Shown: one piece after another, positions 22,974-34,600 of the stretch
Numbering within the stretch: position 1 is the first letter of the stretch
Layout: each line of letters opens with the position of its first letter
Made by a program: the position numbers and the translations under genes
The notes under the pieces: generated by a model
What the model was told of the DNA's origin: nothing
What the model saw: only the letters and a program-made list of their open reading frames with translations
Databases searched by the model: none
Source of the DNA: the human T2T-CHM13v2.0 reference genome, Homo sapiens
NCBI RefSeq assembly: GCF_009914755.1
Contig: NC_060929.1
DNA length: 64,000 bases
Reading direction: 5' to 3' (one strand)

Positions 22974-24250
22974 GTGTGTTCACCAGTGGAATGTCTTATT
23001 TTTTTATTCCATTGGAATTTTTCAACATGAGTGCTTTATGAATAATTAAATATTATGGAGGCAAAAATTCAAATCAACTGGGCTTTGTGTTTATTGTTTT
23101 ATTTGCATTTGTGCAGATAAAGCCGTCCCATCTGAGAGCATATTTGAGAATTTAATACTATGTTTGTGAGCACTGAGAAAATCAATTAATGGAAATTAAA
23201 TGTTCAAAGTTTCACAGTCTGACAGATGCAATCTCAGGCTGAAGCGGCTGAGTGTCTGCACAGGCTTGGGGAGGAGAGCATTCCAAGCCCCTAAATTGAA
23301 TTGCTACCATATAGCAATTAGTTTATTGATTTAATTAAGAATGCCATCTTTTAATTTTCAGGTCATGATCGAAACATTTTCTGACTGAATAAATGGGAGA
23401 ACACTGAAATTATAGATCTCTATGAGAAACAATCTTTTGATAAATCAAAATCTAATGTGAAACTGATCCTAAACATTGACTTGTGAGTAGACAGACATAA
23501 TATATGCAGATTATTTGGGGAGTTGTAAATGTTCAACAAACTGCTGATTCCAAACTAAGATGAAATGTGTAATTTTGTGGACCTTGAGCAGAAAAATTCA
23601 CCCAGAAAGTAAAAGTCTGTAAGTACATTTTCAGAAATAACTTCTCTTACAGGGCAAGAATGATCTTTCCTCTTTCAAAGAACTAGAACAATCCATACTT
23701 TCACTATGAGACAGGGCATCATTTGCTGTATTTTTAGCCAAGACTCCTTAAGAAATCATGAATATTCTTTAATTTAATGGTACACCTATCTATCCTTCCA
23801 CAAATATCTAAGAGTTTGGCCACATTTTACACATCAGAAGAGTCACTCGCAATGTCCAAGATGAACTTCAAAGTCAGAGCGAGATCAAGAGATTGTGAGA
23901 ACACGGGTTATGACATTTTATAGATAAGGAGGCCAGTTCTCTGAGGTTCTTTAGAAGCAATATAAATGTACCAAAATGTTTTTGTAGGCAAACTTCTTTA
24001 AGGCAGAGACAAGGCACCAAAGAACGTTTTTTTATGTGTATATGGTTTTCTTTTCCTTTTTTTTAATCTTGCCAGATTTCTGGAAAAGTGTTTTGATTTG
24101 TTGTTGTTTTAAATATACACCAAACACAAACAAAGGGGAAAAATCCAAGCATTAAAAAATAAAGGAGTCATATGTGTGTTCACCAGAGGAATGTCTTATT
24201 TTTTTTTATTCCATTGGAATTTTTCAACATGAGTGCTTTATGAATAATTA
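22974..24250. repeat. Dispersed direct repeat, ~75 bp (22974-23048 and 24174-24250)
   Basis: GTGTGTTCACCAG(T/A)GGAATGTCTTA-T7/T9-ATTCCATTGGAATTTTTCAACATGAGTGCTTTATGAATAATTA. The copies differ by one substitution and the T-run length. Confidence 0.95.
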
Positions 24251-24562
24251 TGAAGGGAGAGAAGTTAGGTTTTAGACTATTGTTACTATGTTATACCACC
24301 ACCACCACGTTATTATCTTTGCATCACTATGATTATTAGATTTACTAAATGTGCCTCTATCCATGTGTCCGGCATCAGGACAAGCTCACTGTATGCGCTA
24401 TCTTCTCTATGTCTCACAACACTGGATGGGGTGGGTGCTAGTTCCTTCCCAATTTTACAGATGAGAAAATTGAGGCTTGGAGAGGAAATGAACTTGATTC
24501 CTTTTATGTAGCTAAAATAATCAGGTGAAACAAGACGAAACTAATAGATGTTTTGGGATTAA

Positions 24563-24747
<185 letters not shown>

Positions 24748-25092
24748 TGGTAACTGGTAGAAGTGGGAGTTAGTAACTGGGAGAAGCAGGAGTCAACCCG
24801 TCTTCATCTAACTCAGAGCATGGGTTCCTGAAGCGACTTCATACAGCTGCTTTGGATGGTAGCAACATTCTGACTGTTAGGGAGACTTTGTAGGAAGGAA
24901 GGTGAGCACTGGAGAGCGGAGATTCCTGCTGGAGACGATGGTGCCTTTAGCACCATCACCCAGGGGAGTGCCTTACAGGAGGGAAAGATGGGGGGCCTCA
25001 GACCGAGAAGCCCTGCCCACTGGGCCACATGGCATGATGCCAAGTTCTTCTAGCGAAACGTGCAGGAACGCAGGATATGCATCTCTACTTAC

Positions 25093-25272
25093 TGGCATAG
25101 GGGGAGTTGGCAGCTGAGCCGTTGAGGAAGGTGGGGGAGCCGCCCAAATTGGACATTGCGGCAGAGCCGTATCCGTTCATGCTCGTGGTGACGGAGTTAT
25201 AGTTGGTCTGCTGGGGAGTGGTGCTCGGCACGTACCCGTGTGGTGATACGCTGCTTGAGTTGCGGGTGAAAC
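25093..25272 (-). CDS. EBF1: EBF1 coding exon (180 nt; Ser/Thr/Pro-rich): (G)[59 protein letters not shown]
   Basis: cccgcccctcag|GT TTC ACC...TAT GCC A|gtaagt. Contained in ORF 25085..25405(-). Phase 1/1. Confidence 0.97.
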
Positions 25273-25908
25273 CTGAGGGGCGGGGGCAAAACCGGAGGTG
25301 AGGGTGGCATTCAGATGGTGGCAATCCTGGAAGACTCGGGGAAAGGAAGGTCTCTGTTTCTGGCCCCGTCGCCGCAACCCAGAGGGAAGGGATTGGGTGA
25401 TTCATGTGCGTGGGTTGGTGGTGCTAGCTCTGTGATTAAAATGGGAAGCGAGCAAAAGACACATTTCTTAGGAGATCATAAATACTTAGCAGGGCCGTGA
25501 GAAATGGCAATGCTGGGCCTATAAATTATCATTTTAGAGCAGAAATAAATCCCGATCTAAGAGATGTACCCTGGAGTTAACAGGTTCCTATTCCCTGGGC
25601 AAGAATGATGTGCTTTGGGCCCTCAAAACTTTAATTCCATCCCTCTCTGTGATCTGTCATTCATGGTTTATGGTGAAAAGTCAAATGTAGAGAGATGGCT
25701 AAATGCATGCATCCTTTCTAGCCCTCTATATTAGATTACCCGAATGATAGCTAGGACCAATATTGTACAATAATATCTTATACACATAAACTAAGAATCT
25801 CCCTTTTGGGATGAAAATAATTTTTTAATGTAAAAATTGTTCATGACCAATAAATGAGGAGATGGGGTGCTTAAGGTTGGGGAGGGAAGAGAAAAGCAAG
25901 CTTCTGAC

Positions 25909-26086
25909 CCTGATTGGTGGCTTGTGATGCCTCGGAGACATTCACGGCCAGTTGTCCACTGAACGAATTCACGCCCATCATCCCTGCGTGGACCGAGGTG
26001 TTAGCAAGGGCCGGGAGTTGGTTGTGGTTGCGGGGAACACTGTACAGGGCCTCGGCAATGTCGGCCGCTCTCTTCAGAATGATTTC
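25909..26086 (-). CDS. EBF1: EBF1 coding exon (178 nt; second helix-2 copy and start of C-terminal region): [59 protein letters not shown](G)
   Basis: ttgacttttcag|GAA ATC...AAT CAG G|gtcaga. Contained in ORF 25871..26098(-). Confidence 0.97.
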
Positions 26087-26149
26087 CTGAAAAGTCAAAG
26101 GAATATCCCCTTCAGCTGCCCCCAGTCATATTCCCAATAATACCATTTT

Positions 26150-26380
26150 TTCGGTGCCAGGTACCGTGCTCAGGGTTTTCAATGGTCAGCTGCATTAACT
26201 TCTGTGACCCTCATGACAAACCTGTTATATTAGTCTCACCATCATCATGCCTGTATCCGAAATGGGGAAACTGAGGCTCAGAAAGTCAAAAACCTCACCG
26301 AAGTACACTCACCTATTTAAGAACAGAGCTGAGATTCATAAGCCCATTTGTCTGACTTTGAAAGTCCATTATCTTAACTA
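26150..26380 (-). mobile_element. MIR in the short intron between the two helix-2 exons
   Basis: gtgccaggtaccgtgct...atggggaaactgaggctcagaaag...gagctgagattc. Confidence 0.7.
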
Positions 26381-27055
26381 TACCTTCATACTACCCTACA
26401 GTCCATACAGGACAGCACCATGGGGTTTTCCATCCTTCCCAATAACATGTAGGAAGTCTGAGGTTACCCAGGGGGAGAGGAAGAGAGGCTGCAATTCACC
26501 TCCCCTATTGATGTTAAGGGAAGGCTGTAGATGACTACCTGCATTACTGAGTATTAATGGGACTGTGTCCCCCAGACATTGACTCAGGCTACATGAAAAA
26601 GGAGTGAATGGTTTGTCAGACTCAGTTTCCTAAGCTATGTGAATCTTATACATGGAGTTCTATGAAACAGAAGCAGACAATACTATTCAGGCCTTGCTAT
26701 ACTTTTTGGAGAAAAAATTAAACCCTCTTTCTCTTCCTAAATTTGCTTGAAAACCTGAGAGAAATAAAATAAAGCACCAGTAACTCTCCTCTTCAATTAG
26801 GAAGTATGTTCCCACTAAAGATTAGTTTTAAATGGAGTACCTTTTCTCATACAGAAAATGATTCAGTGGAAAGGGCAATAAAAGGTTTACAAAAGAGGAT
26901 TGAATCATCTTGCAACATGTTATATCTGAATTACTTATACTCTTAACTCATGCACATGGCTTTTATATTGTTTGTGCTTTCTCATTACGATGAGGAATCT
27001 GAGATCTTTAATTGCATGTGGCAGTCCACACAGGCTAGACACCCACAGCGCTCAC

Positions 27056-27121
27056 CTGGTTGTTGTGTGGCATCCCATACAGTGCTTCTACCAGATCCGC
27101 AGCCCTTTTGAGTATTACTTC
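27056..27121 (-). CDS. EBF1: EBF1 coding exon (66 nt; first copy of duplicated helix 2): EVILKRAADLVEALYGMPHNNQ
   Basis: ttttctcttgacag|GAA GTA ATA...AAC CAG|gtgagc. Phase 0/0 and in frame with both neighbours. Confidence 0.97.
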
Positions 27122-29288
27122 CTGTCAAGAGAAAAGCAGATACAATCCTTTGAGTGAAGGCAGGTTGTCGTTATCTTTTGACATGATCACATTCCAGTCC
27201 CTCTGGCCATACTTTGCCAAGGCACTGCTATAAAGGCCGTAGCTTGGGGAACCCCAGAAGGGTGTTAAATCACCAATTTATCCCTGTTCACATACACACT
27301 TAATTGAGTCAAAAGGTGAGCATCATTGGTACTGCGAGATAAAATACATCACTCAATAGTCTGCCATAGGCATGATAAAGCACTCATATGTTTATTGCTG
27401 AATACAATTCCTAGGTCATTTACTAGATTACTACAATTGATGTCATTCAGTCGTGGTATGAATCCCTAAGATGTGTTTATTTTGCACTTAATTGCTTATT
27501 CCAGTAACCATGACCTTATCAGACAGGTCATTTTCGAGGGATTTCCAATCAATCTTCAGCTACTAGAAGCATGTAGTATTAAACTTCTTTTGTTTATCTC
27601 TCTTGGATGGTAGAGACATAATATAAGAGGGTGATGTAGGAAACCCACATACTGAGGCAATGCACTGTTTGTCAAAAACTCTTATGAAAGGACTCTACTG
27701 TCCTCAGAGGCCCCCTCTGCACCAATTTTCATTACTGGCAGTATCTATTTCTTTAATAGCAATTATTTGCTATTTCAGTATTGTGTGATTTCCCCCATTT
27801 GCTCATTCATTCTCATCCTAGATAGATGCTTGGCTACTCATTCCAGTTGAAGGAAAAATATCTCCCTCTTTTTACTTAGGTGGACCTCCATATTTAGCCT
27901 GCATGCTTGGTTCTAATAATAGGGAGTACTCTACAAAGTGAGTGTGGTGCTAATATTTTTGGTTCTAACTAAAAGAAATCTCTCTCTTCATTTTTCCCTA
28001 ATTTTCTTCAGATTCATTTCCACTAGAATGTGAAAAGAAAAGCAAAGTTAAGCTTGATGCATGTAAAAGGTAGGGGCTTGTCAGAGAACCAAACGTAAGG
28101 GTGTGGTAGGATCATCAGAGGTGATTTGCATGAAGATATGTTTACCATTTTTGACTGTGGGTAAAGTTTCAAACAGAAGTGTAACTTTAAATATTTTACA
28201 CAATAGATTTCTACATGGAGAAGCAGTGCTGTTCAATTTTCACAGACTGCAGTCGCTGATCAGAAAATAGGGAGATAATCGCATTCATTTTGCTGTCATC
28301 ATAGCCTCTTCAAAAATCCTTGAACAACTCTTGAAATGACAAGCTTTTAGATACATATTAGCATTTTTCAATTTTAAATTCTCTATAATATAAGATAAAG
28401 TAGTTGTCATACTACAGTAACTACTTATGACATATCTAATGTCCTAAATTCAAAAATAAGATAGTGGGGTTTTCAGTTCTCAATAAACATTTATGCTTGC
28501 CTTAAGCTGATAGACCCCCTTTATAAAACAGTTTAGTTATTTTTCATGTAGGGAGTAAAGAACATTATATAATCAAAGGGATTTGAACCAATACATCTGA
28601 AATCATTTCTTTATTTTTTAATGTAAGCTACAAGCTAATTTACCACTTTTTGTTTGCTGTAGTAGTGTCTGACCACAGCAGTTAATAATTTACTATTGTA
28701 CGGGCACACTAAACCCTATCCCCAGATCAAATTCAGCCTGTGTTGCCTTCACTAAAACCTCTTGGCTTTATCTGGCTCTTAGGAAAGATGAAAACAAAAA
28801 ACAGGATCAAGTGAGTTTATTTACTAAGATTAGACTTCTCTAGGCCTATGTTCATTTATTTCTCCAAATAAATATTTATGCCAGTGTTGGGGCTTGGCAG
28901 GGAACGTATTTTCCTTTCTTTCCATTTTAGGGGGGAAAAAGGCAAGTCTCCCGTTTGTCAAAAGCGTGATGAGGCACAGAAAGAAACTGCACTTGTGAAC
29001 TTCACTCTTGTAACACTATAATTGAGGACTTAGAGCAGTGTACCTTATTTTAATTAATTTCACAGAAGCAGGGAGGAGGGAAGTTCAAAATTAAACTCCA
29101 AGATCTTTGAAGTTTTCATAAGCCTGAAAACATACCATCTATCAGTATATATTATATATCCTTGGTGATAGAGTTTTTCAATGACAAAATCTACTTTTTT
29201 TTTTCTCCTTATGTCGATATCCAGAGCTCTCATCCCCATTTAATCCTTTGAGAATAAAACACGTGGATCTTGTTTCCTAAAGGAGCAT

Positions 29289-29332
29289 CCTTCTTTGATC
29301 CATGATGCTGCCTTCTTTGATCCACCATGCTG
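29289..29332. repeat. Tandem duplication 2 x 22 bp
   Basis: CCTTCTTTGATCCATGATGCTG / CCTTCTTTGATCCACCATGCTG. Confidence 0.85.
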
Positions 29333-31469
29333 GGGCATGTTTTCCCATTGAGTACATTGCCATAGGTAGGTCATCAGTACAGCATCACTTCAGGCCAGCA
29401 GTCTTGGATTTGAGGAGTGTGAACCTGGATTTCTTGTCTTGAAAGGGACACCCTTAAATAATATCTTACCCATTAAAAAATATCCTTCACTGTAGTATCA
29501 ACTTGTAAGGACTTAAGAAAGACTTGGTTGAGCTTTGCCCATGTGATTTGGCTTCTATTAGGTATTTCTGCAAATGGGAAGGAGAAAGGAAATTTCTGGG
29601 TCCTCCATGAGTTAGTGCAATGGACCTGCAAACTGCTTGGATTTCGGTGACCAGAAAATTGCTCTCACCTCCATGTCATTACGCTCCCAGTGAACTAGCC
29701 CCCAGGCGTGTTTGTGTTGGGGATCTAATATATTGCCTTTCAATCAGAGCTGAGAGCCACTGAACACACAGACAGAACATGACGAGCAGGTCAGGAAAGC
29801 AATAAAGATTTTACAGAGCTGTCCAAGGTGCTAAATTTACTCAATAATGGGTTTGGCACCATAGTGTTAACCTCTCATTTACTACCAGTTTGAGGGACTA
29901 AATTGAAGTAGCTGACTTCATTTACCTTGAAATGTATATTTTATGACATTATGTAAGTAGATTGAAAGGGCACTGCAGTTTTAACAATTTAAAGGCTAAA
30001 GCATGTTTAAGATGAAACTTGAATATTTATTGTATATTGCACTTAAAGTATATAGAATGTTAAAATGTATTGATTAAATTTGTAAAAGGCATTATAAAAA
30101 TGACAGGTAGTATAAAAGATGTATGCCTTTTAAAATCAAATTGATAGTGTATGCCATCTCTTCTGTGGTCACAAGTGTAATTTTTTTGCAGTTTTATATG
30201 GTAATTTGAAAAATCTGTAATTTCACATTAGGAAATGATTGAGCCTTGGATGTTAAAAAAAGAAATTTCCCATAAGGGGAAGAGCTGGATGTTTCATATA
30301 ATCTTTTGTCTCTAAAATTGTTCTTAAATTCTTATTTTTTGTGGCATTAGGCAGGAGCACAGTCTAAGGATCTTTCATTTTAATATGCAATTTTAATATT
30401 TCTGAAAAGAAAGAGCACTTGACTAGTACTAATATCTAATGTTTCAAGGCATTTATTTGTCAGGGGAGATTTTCTCTTCTTTTCATAATGTTTAAAACGT
30501 CTCCCTGCTTGCAATTTCAAACATAAGAGTGGATATTAGACAATTCCAAGATAATTAATCCTATCCTTGGATTTTTTTTTTTTAAAAATCCCTTTTGGGA
30601 ATTAAAGACAAATACTAGTATCCTAAATATTGAAAAGCCCCAGAGTCTCCTTGTAGAGGTAATGTTTGTTCTCCAATCTACATTCTGAGTCAGACAATTT
30701 TTCTGCTCATGGCCTTGGATTTCTTCTCTCTTAAAGATACAAAAAAGCTTTACTCCTTAAAAACAACAACTACTTTTCACTGATTGATTTCATCTCACTA
30801 TCAAAACGTGGCTTCACCTGTCTTGCTATGACCATAGGTTGATGGTTATGTGAGTGGGGTTCTATGGAGAAAAATGTGGATGCATTATTCTTACTCTATT
30901 TAGAGTCTACAGAAATGTTAGGGAGACCGAAGGAGGAATGGGGTTCCAAGAAACAGTTCAAATGTAGCTGGCATGGGTTTTACTTATATTTTGGAAGCTT
31001 TATAATAAAAATGCTGAATGGGCTACAAATATAAAGGGAAGATTCAGCTTTACTTTCTACTTTGCAACCCAATTAGCAAATATTGTTTGAGCTTCTTGTT
31101 GCCCTTGTCTGTCATCATATGTGGATCTTATTCTCCAGCAACTTTCAGGGCACATTATCTTCCCAGCATCGACCTACAAAGTTTGATGAGAGTCACAAAA
31201 GATTGTCGCCATCACTTGGTCCTACCATCTTTGTCCAGTCATCTCTCCCTATGTATTTGAAGAACTGCTCTCTATGCTTGTCCTCCCCAGCCTAGAAGTA
31301 AAACATTTGGCTCCTTTCTATCTCCATACCTTCACTCCTTTTGCCTTCCCCTTTTTTTGGAGGGAATGCTGGCTTCAATCTGTGCCCATGGACAATGCCT
31401 CTCTCCATCCTCTGAAGCCTCGTACTGAAGGGGATCGTGATGGTATGGTAATGAAGGAGATCACTCTCA

Positions 31470-31670
31470 TTTATTGAAAGTGGAGCAAGAACTCATTCAA
31501 CCTTCATAGAAAGCCTCTTAAGGTATTCTTTCTATTACTATCTGGCAGATGAGGAAACTGACACTCAGAGAGGTCAGCTAACTTTCCCAAAGTTTCCACC
31601 GCTGACTAGTGGCTGAGCATGGATTCAACCCCAGGCCTGTTAGACATCAGAGCCTGGCTCTTGAAAATCA
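31470..31670 (-). mobile_element. MIR
   Basis: cagatgaggaaactgacactcagagaggtcagctaactttcccaaag...ggattcaaccccagg. Confidence 0.7.
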
Positions 31671-34600
31671 CACTGTTCTATCAGAAATAATTCCACCTTC
31701 ACTGATACCCCAGCTCCTAATATCTCTATTTCCTCTGAAAAAGAGTGCTGACCATCTGTGTCACCCAGCACAGCACAGAAGTATATACTGAGAGGTCATT
31801 CTGCTCTGATCTGAAGTGTGTTAGTCATCATTCTCCATAGCTAGACTGCAGACTTTTTGAGGCCAGTGATAGGTTCTTAATCTCCTTATCTAAGCTCCTA
31901 CCATAATGTTTAGCAAACCACAAGTCTTGAGAAATTCATGTTGATGTGTTATTCTAAGATACAGTTACTGATTTTTAAAAGTACACACTTAATTTGTATG
32001 ATGAAATGACAAAGTCATATTTGGCATGGTTTATAAAAGTAGAAGACTTAAATTTGGTGTTCCATTTAGCTACAGACTCTTAAATCCAATATATAAATTC
32101 CCAAAGGTCAAGTTTTGATCACTGTGAGTTTTTTTATGTCACTTTTTTATGAATTTGCTCTTTCATTCCTGCTGGCTTGGACTTACATTTTAATTTTGTG
32201 ATTAATACAATGAATCATGTCTAGTACAGACATTATCTCAAGTTATAGGCTGCTAGCAACATGAGGTTGGTCCTTATGGTCCTCAGCCTTTTATTAGCTG
32301 TACTCTTAGGCCCTTGGAAATAGTTAGGTATTTGCACATTCATAGAAAGACACATTGGGAACCAGGCATATCATGACAAATATGCAGACATAGTTAACTC
32401 ATCTTCTATTTTATGAGTTAAAAATCTTAGGATTATTCACCATCTGTGGGAGTCCTTCTCTTTAGCCTTTGACCTGAAATCTATAGCTAATAAGCTCAAG
32501 TTCACTGGCCACATCTAGCCTCCTAGAGTGAAGGGAAAGGTTGTCTAACTGGCCAATACTGGGCCCATTTATAAACCCAGTTCAATGTTTTGGGCAACTC
32601 AACCCCAGATGAGCAGGGAAGATAGTCTGAACTTTCTTTTGTTCATAGCACATATAGGCTGATGATCATAAAGCTGATAGATACCCATACACGAACACAA
32701 CATTAATTTTCATGTTTCAGCATTAGATTTTGAGACTCTGGGAACTCCGCCCATAAAATTAAAGCCCAGGGATGCTTCAGTAATTTCAGAGGATAATCTG
32801 TGCTTGGCTTTATGCTTACCCAAATAGGAAATGTTTTCAGGAATGTAGATTGAAACAGAAAAAAAAAACTACAAGCATCCATAATCAAAGTCAAGTTGAG
32901 TTGGGTGATTTCTGAGAAAGAAGCACAATACTTCCCTGTCACTGCACATTTCCCTGATACCCATTTATCACCAATCTACTTTGCTTTATCAGGGGATTCA
33001 AAATATAGTGGCCAAATATCAGCAACACACAATGAAGTGAAATGAGAAAATCACTCTTGATGTAGAGATGATAAGCACCTATCAATGAAATCAGCATTGA
33101 TTTCACTGCCTTCCTTCGTATAGGGTTTACTGCAGGACCCAGATTTTGATGTGTGCATTCAGCTCCTAGACTTTAAGTCCTGGATCTTTCCCCACTGACT
33201 TCTGAAAGCCTGGGTGACATTACTGATTGGAAAGGCCGAATGCTGAGAAATTGATTGGAAGTTTCTTGCAGCCCATTTCCTGCAGAGCTGGATGTACAAT
33301 GCAATAAATACTAGTTGTCCTGAGATGTATTTCTTTGGAGGGTAGTTTTATATCCCAGCTTCCTTTGTGTTTATTCAGCCAAATGGAAAATTCCACAATG
33401 GTAGACTTTGCATTCTAAAAAATCAGTATAATGAGGGCAGTGAGGGAAAGAGTAAAACAAACCAAAATAACACTTGGGCACCGTTTAGTTTCCCATCCTC
33501 TGAGACATTCCTCAAATTTTTCATTTTTCTTGTAATATAAACTTCTTGAAATAGAGCTTAGTGCAGATCATTAGAAGCCTTTAGTGTCACACTTTAAACA
33601 CTCTTTCCTTAGAAGCCCTATGACTGAGAAGAGTCACTTACATTTAGCATGGATATAATTAAACATGTTTCTGTTGAAAGGGGCATTCTCATTATAGCTA
33701 AGGACCACTTTAGAGTAAATTGAAATGGAAAGGAGGAACATAAATGAGGTATAGGTAGCAAGTAGTTATTTGCAGGGAGGCATAAAATGCCAAATGTATA
33801 ACAATTATATTTTACAACCCCACATTCTAAAGACTTCATAGTATTTTAGTATATAAGAAGATTCAGCTGAAGCTTAGATTGCCCTACAGAACATTCTAGC
33901 TAGCGCATACTTTTTGCCCAGAGTCTTTTTAAAAACTGAAATTCAAACCACAGTAAAAATCTCTAGACATTTCCAGAACAAAGGAATTAAATATTTTGAA
34001 AGAGTCTACTGCTATTAATACCAAAGGCCAAGGCACCAAAAACATTCTAGTCTAGAGAAAATGCAGCAGGAGGACCTCTTCTGAACCTCCTCTGATTTTA
34101 AAGTTGATTTTATGTTCAGATTAGATGACAGCCCTCTTACTTCTCAAACATATTATTATGAACCAGCATGCGGCATGGTTGGAGGTAAACCAGAAAGCCT
34201 TGCCTTTGTTAAAAACATGGTATAGGAGACTCTGAATCATATGAAATTAAACTAGGTTGTAAGCTAACGCGGCTATATCAACGTAAGACATACTAACTTA
34301 CGTGATTGACTTTTACAATGGAAAGAAAGGCTGTTTTCAAGCAACTGTTATTGCCACAATGGAAAAAAAAAATCAATGAAAGTGAAATGAACAAGAGATT
34401 TTGTCTGAGTTGCAGTTAATACCACTGAGGAGCTATGGATATTAAAAGGTCAACAAATAAATTAGCCAGAGTGTTATGAAATAAATGATTTGGCTCATAA
34501 TTTTATTGAGTGAAAATTGTTCGCTGCCTATTAGACCAGGTAATTTTTATCTGGTGCCTCAATTACTGTCCCGTAAGCAATAATATAGTTGTAAGAGCTG

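Noticed and set aside
21370-24250. A single ancient ~1.2-kb tandem duplication explaining both direct repeats
   Set aside because: The sequence between the matched blocks does not align, and the two pairs differ greatly in divergence.
24813-25043. Minus-strand ORF and GTAAGG donor-like site near 24971 as an extra exon
   Set aside because: The exonic donor context is weak (CCT|gt), there is no convincing acceptor, and the upstream frame stops immediately after the 25093 donor.
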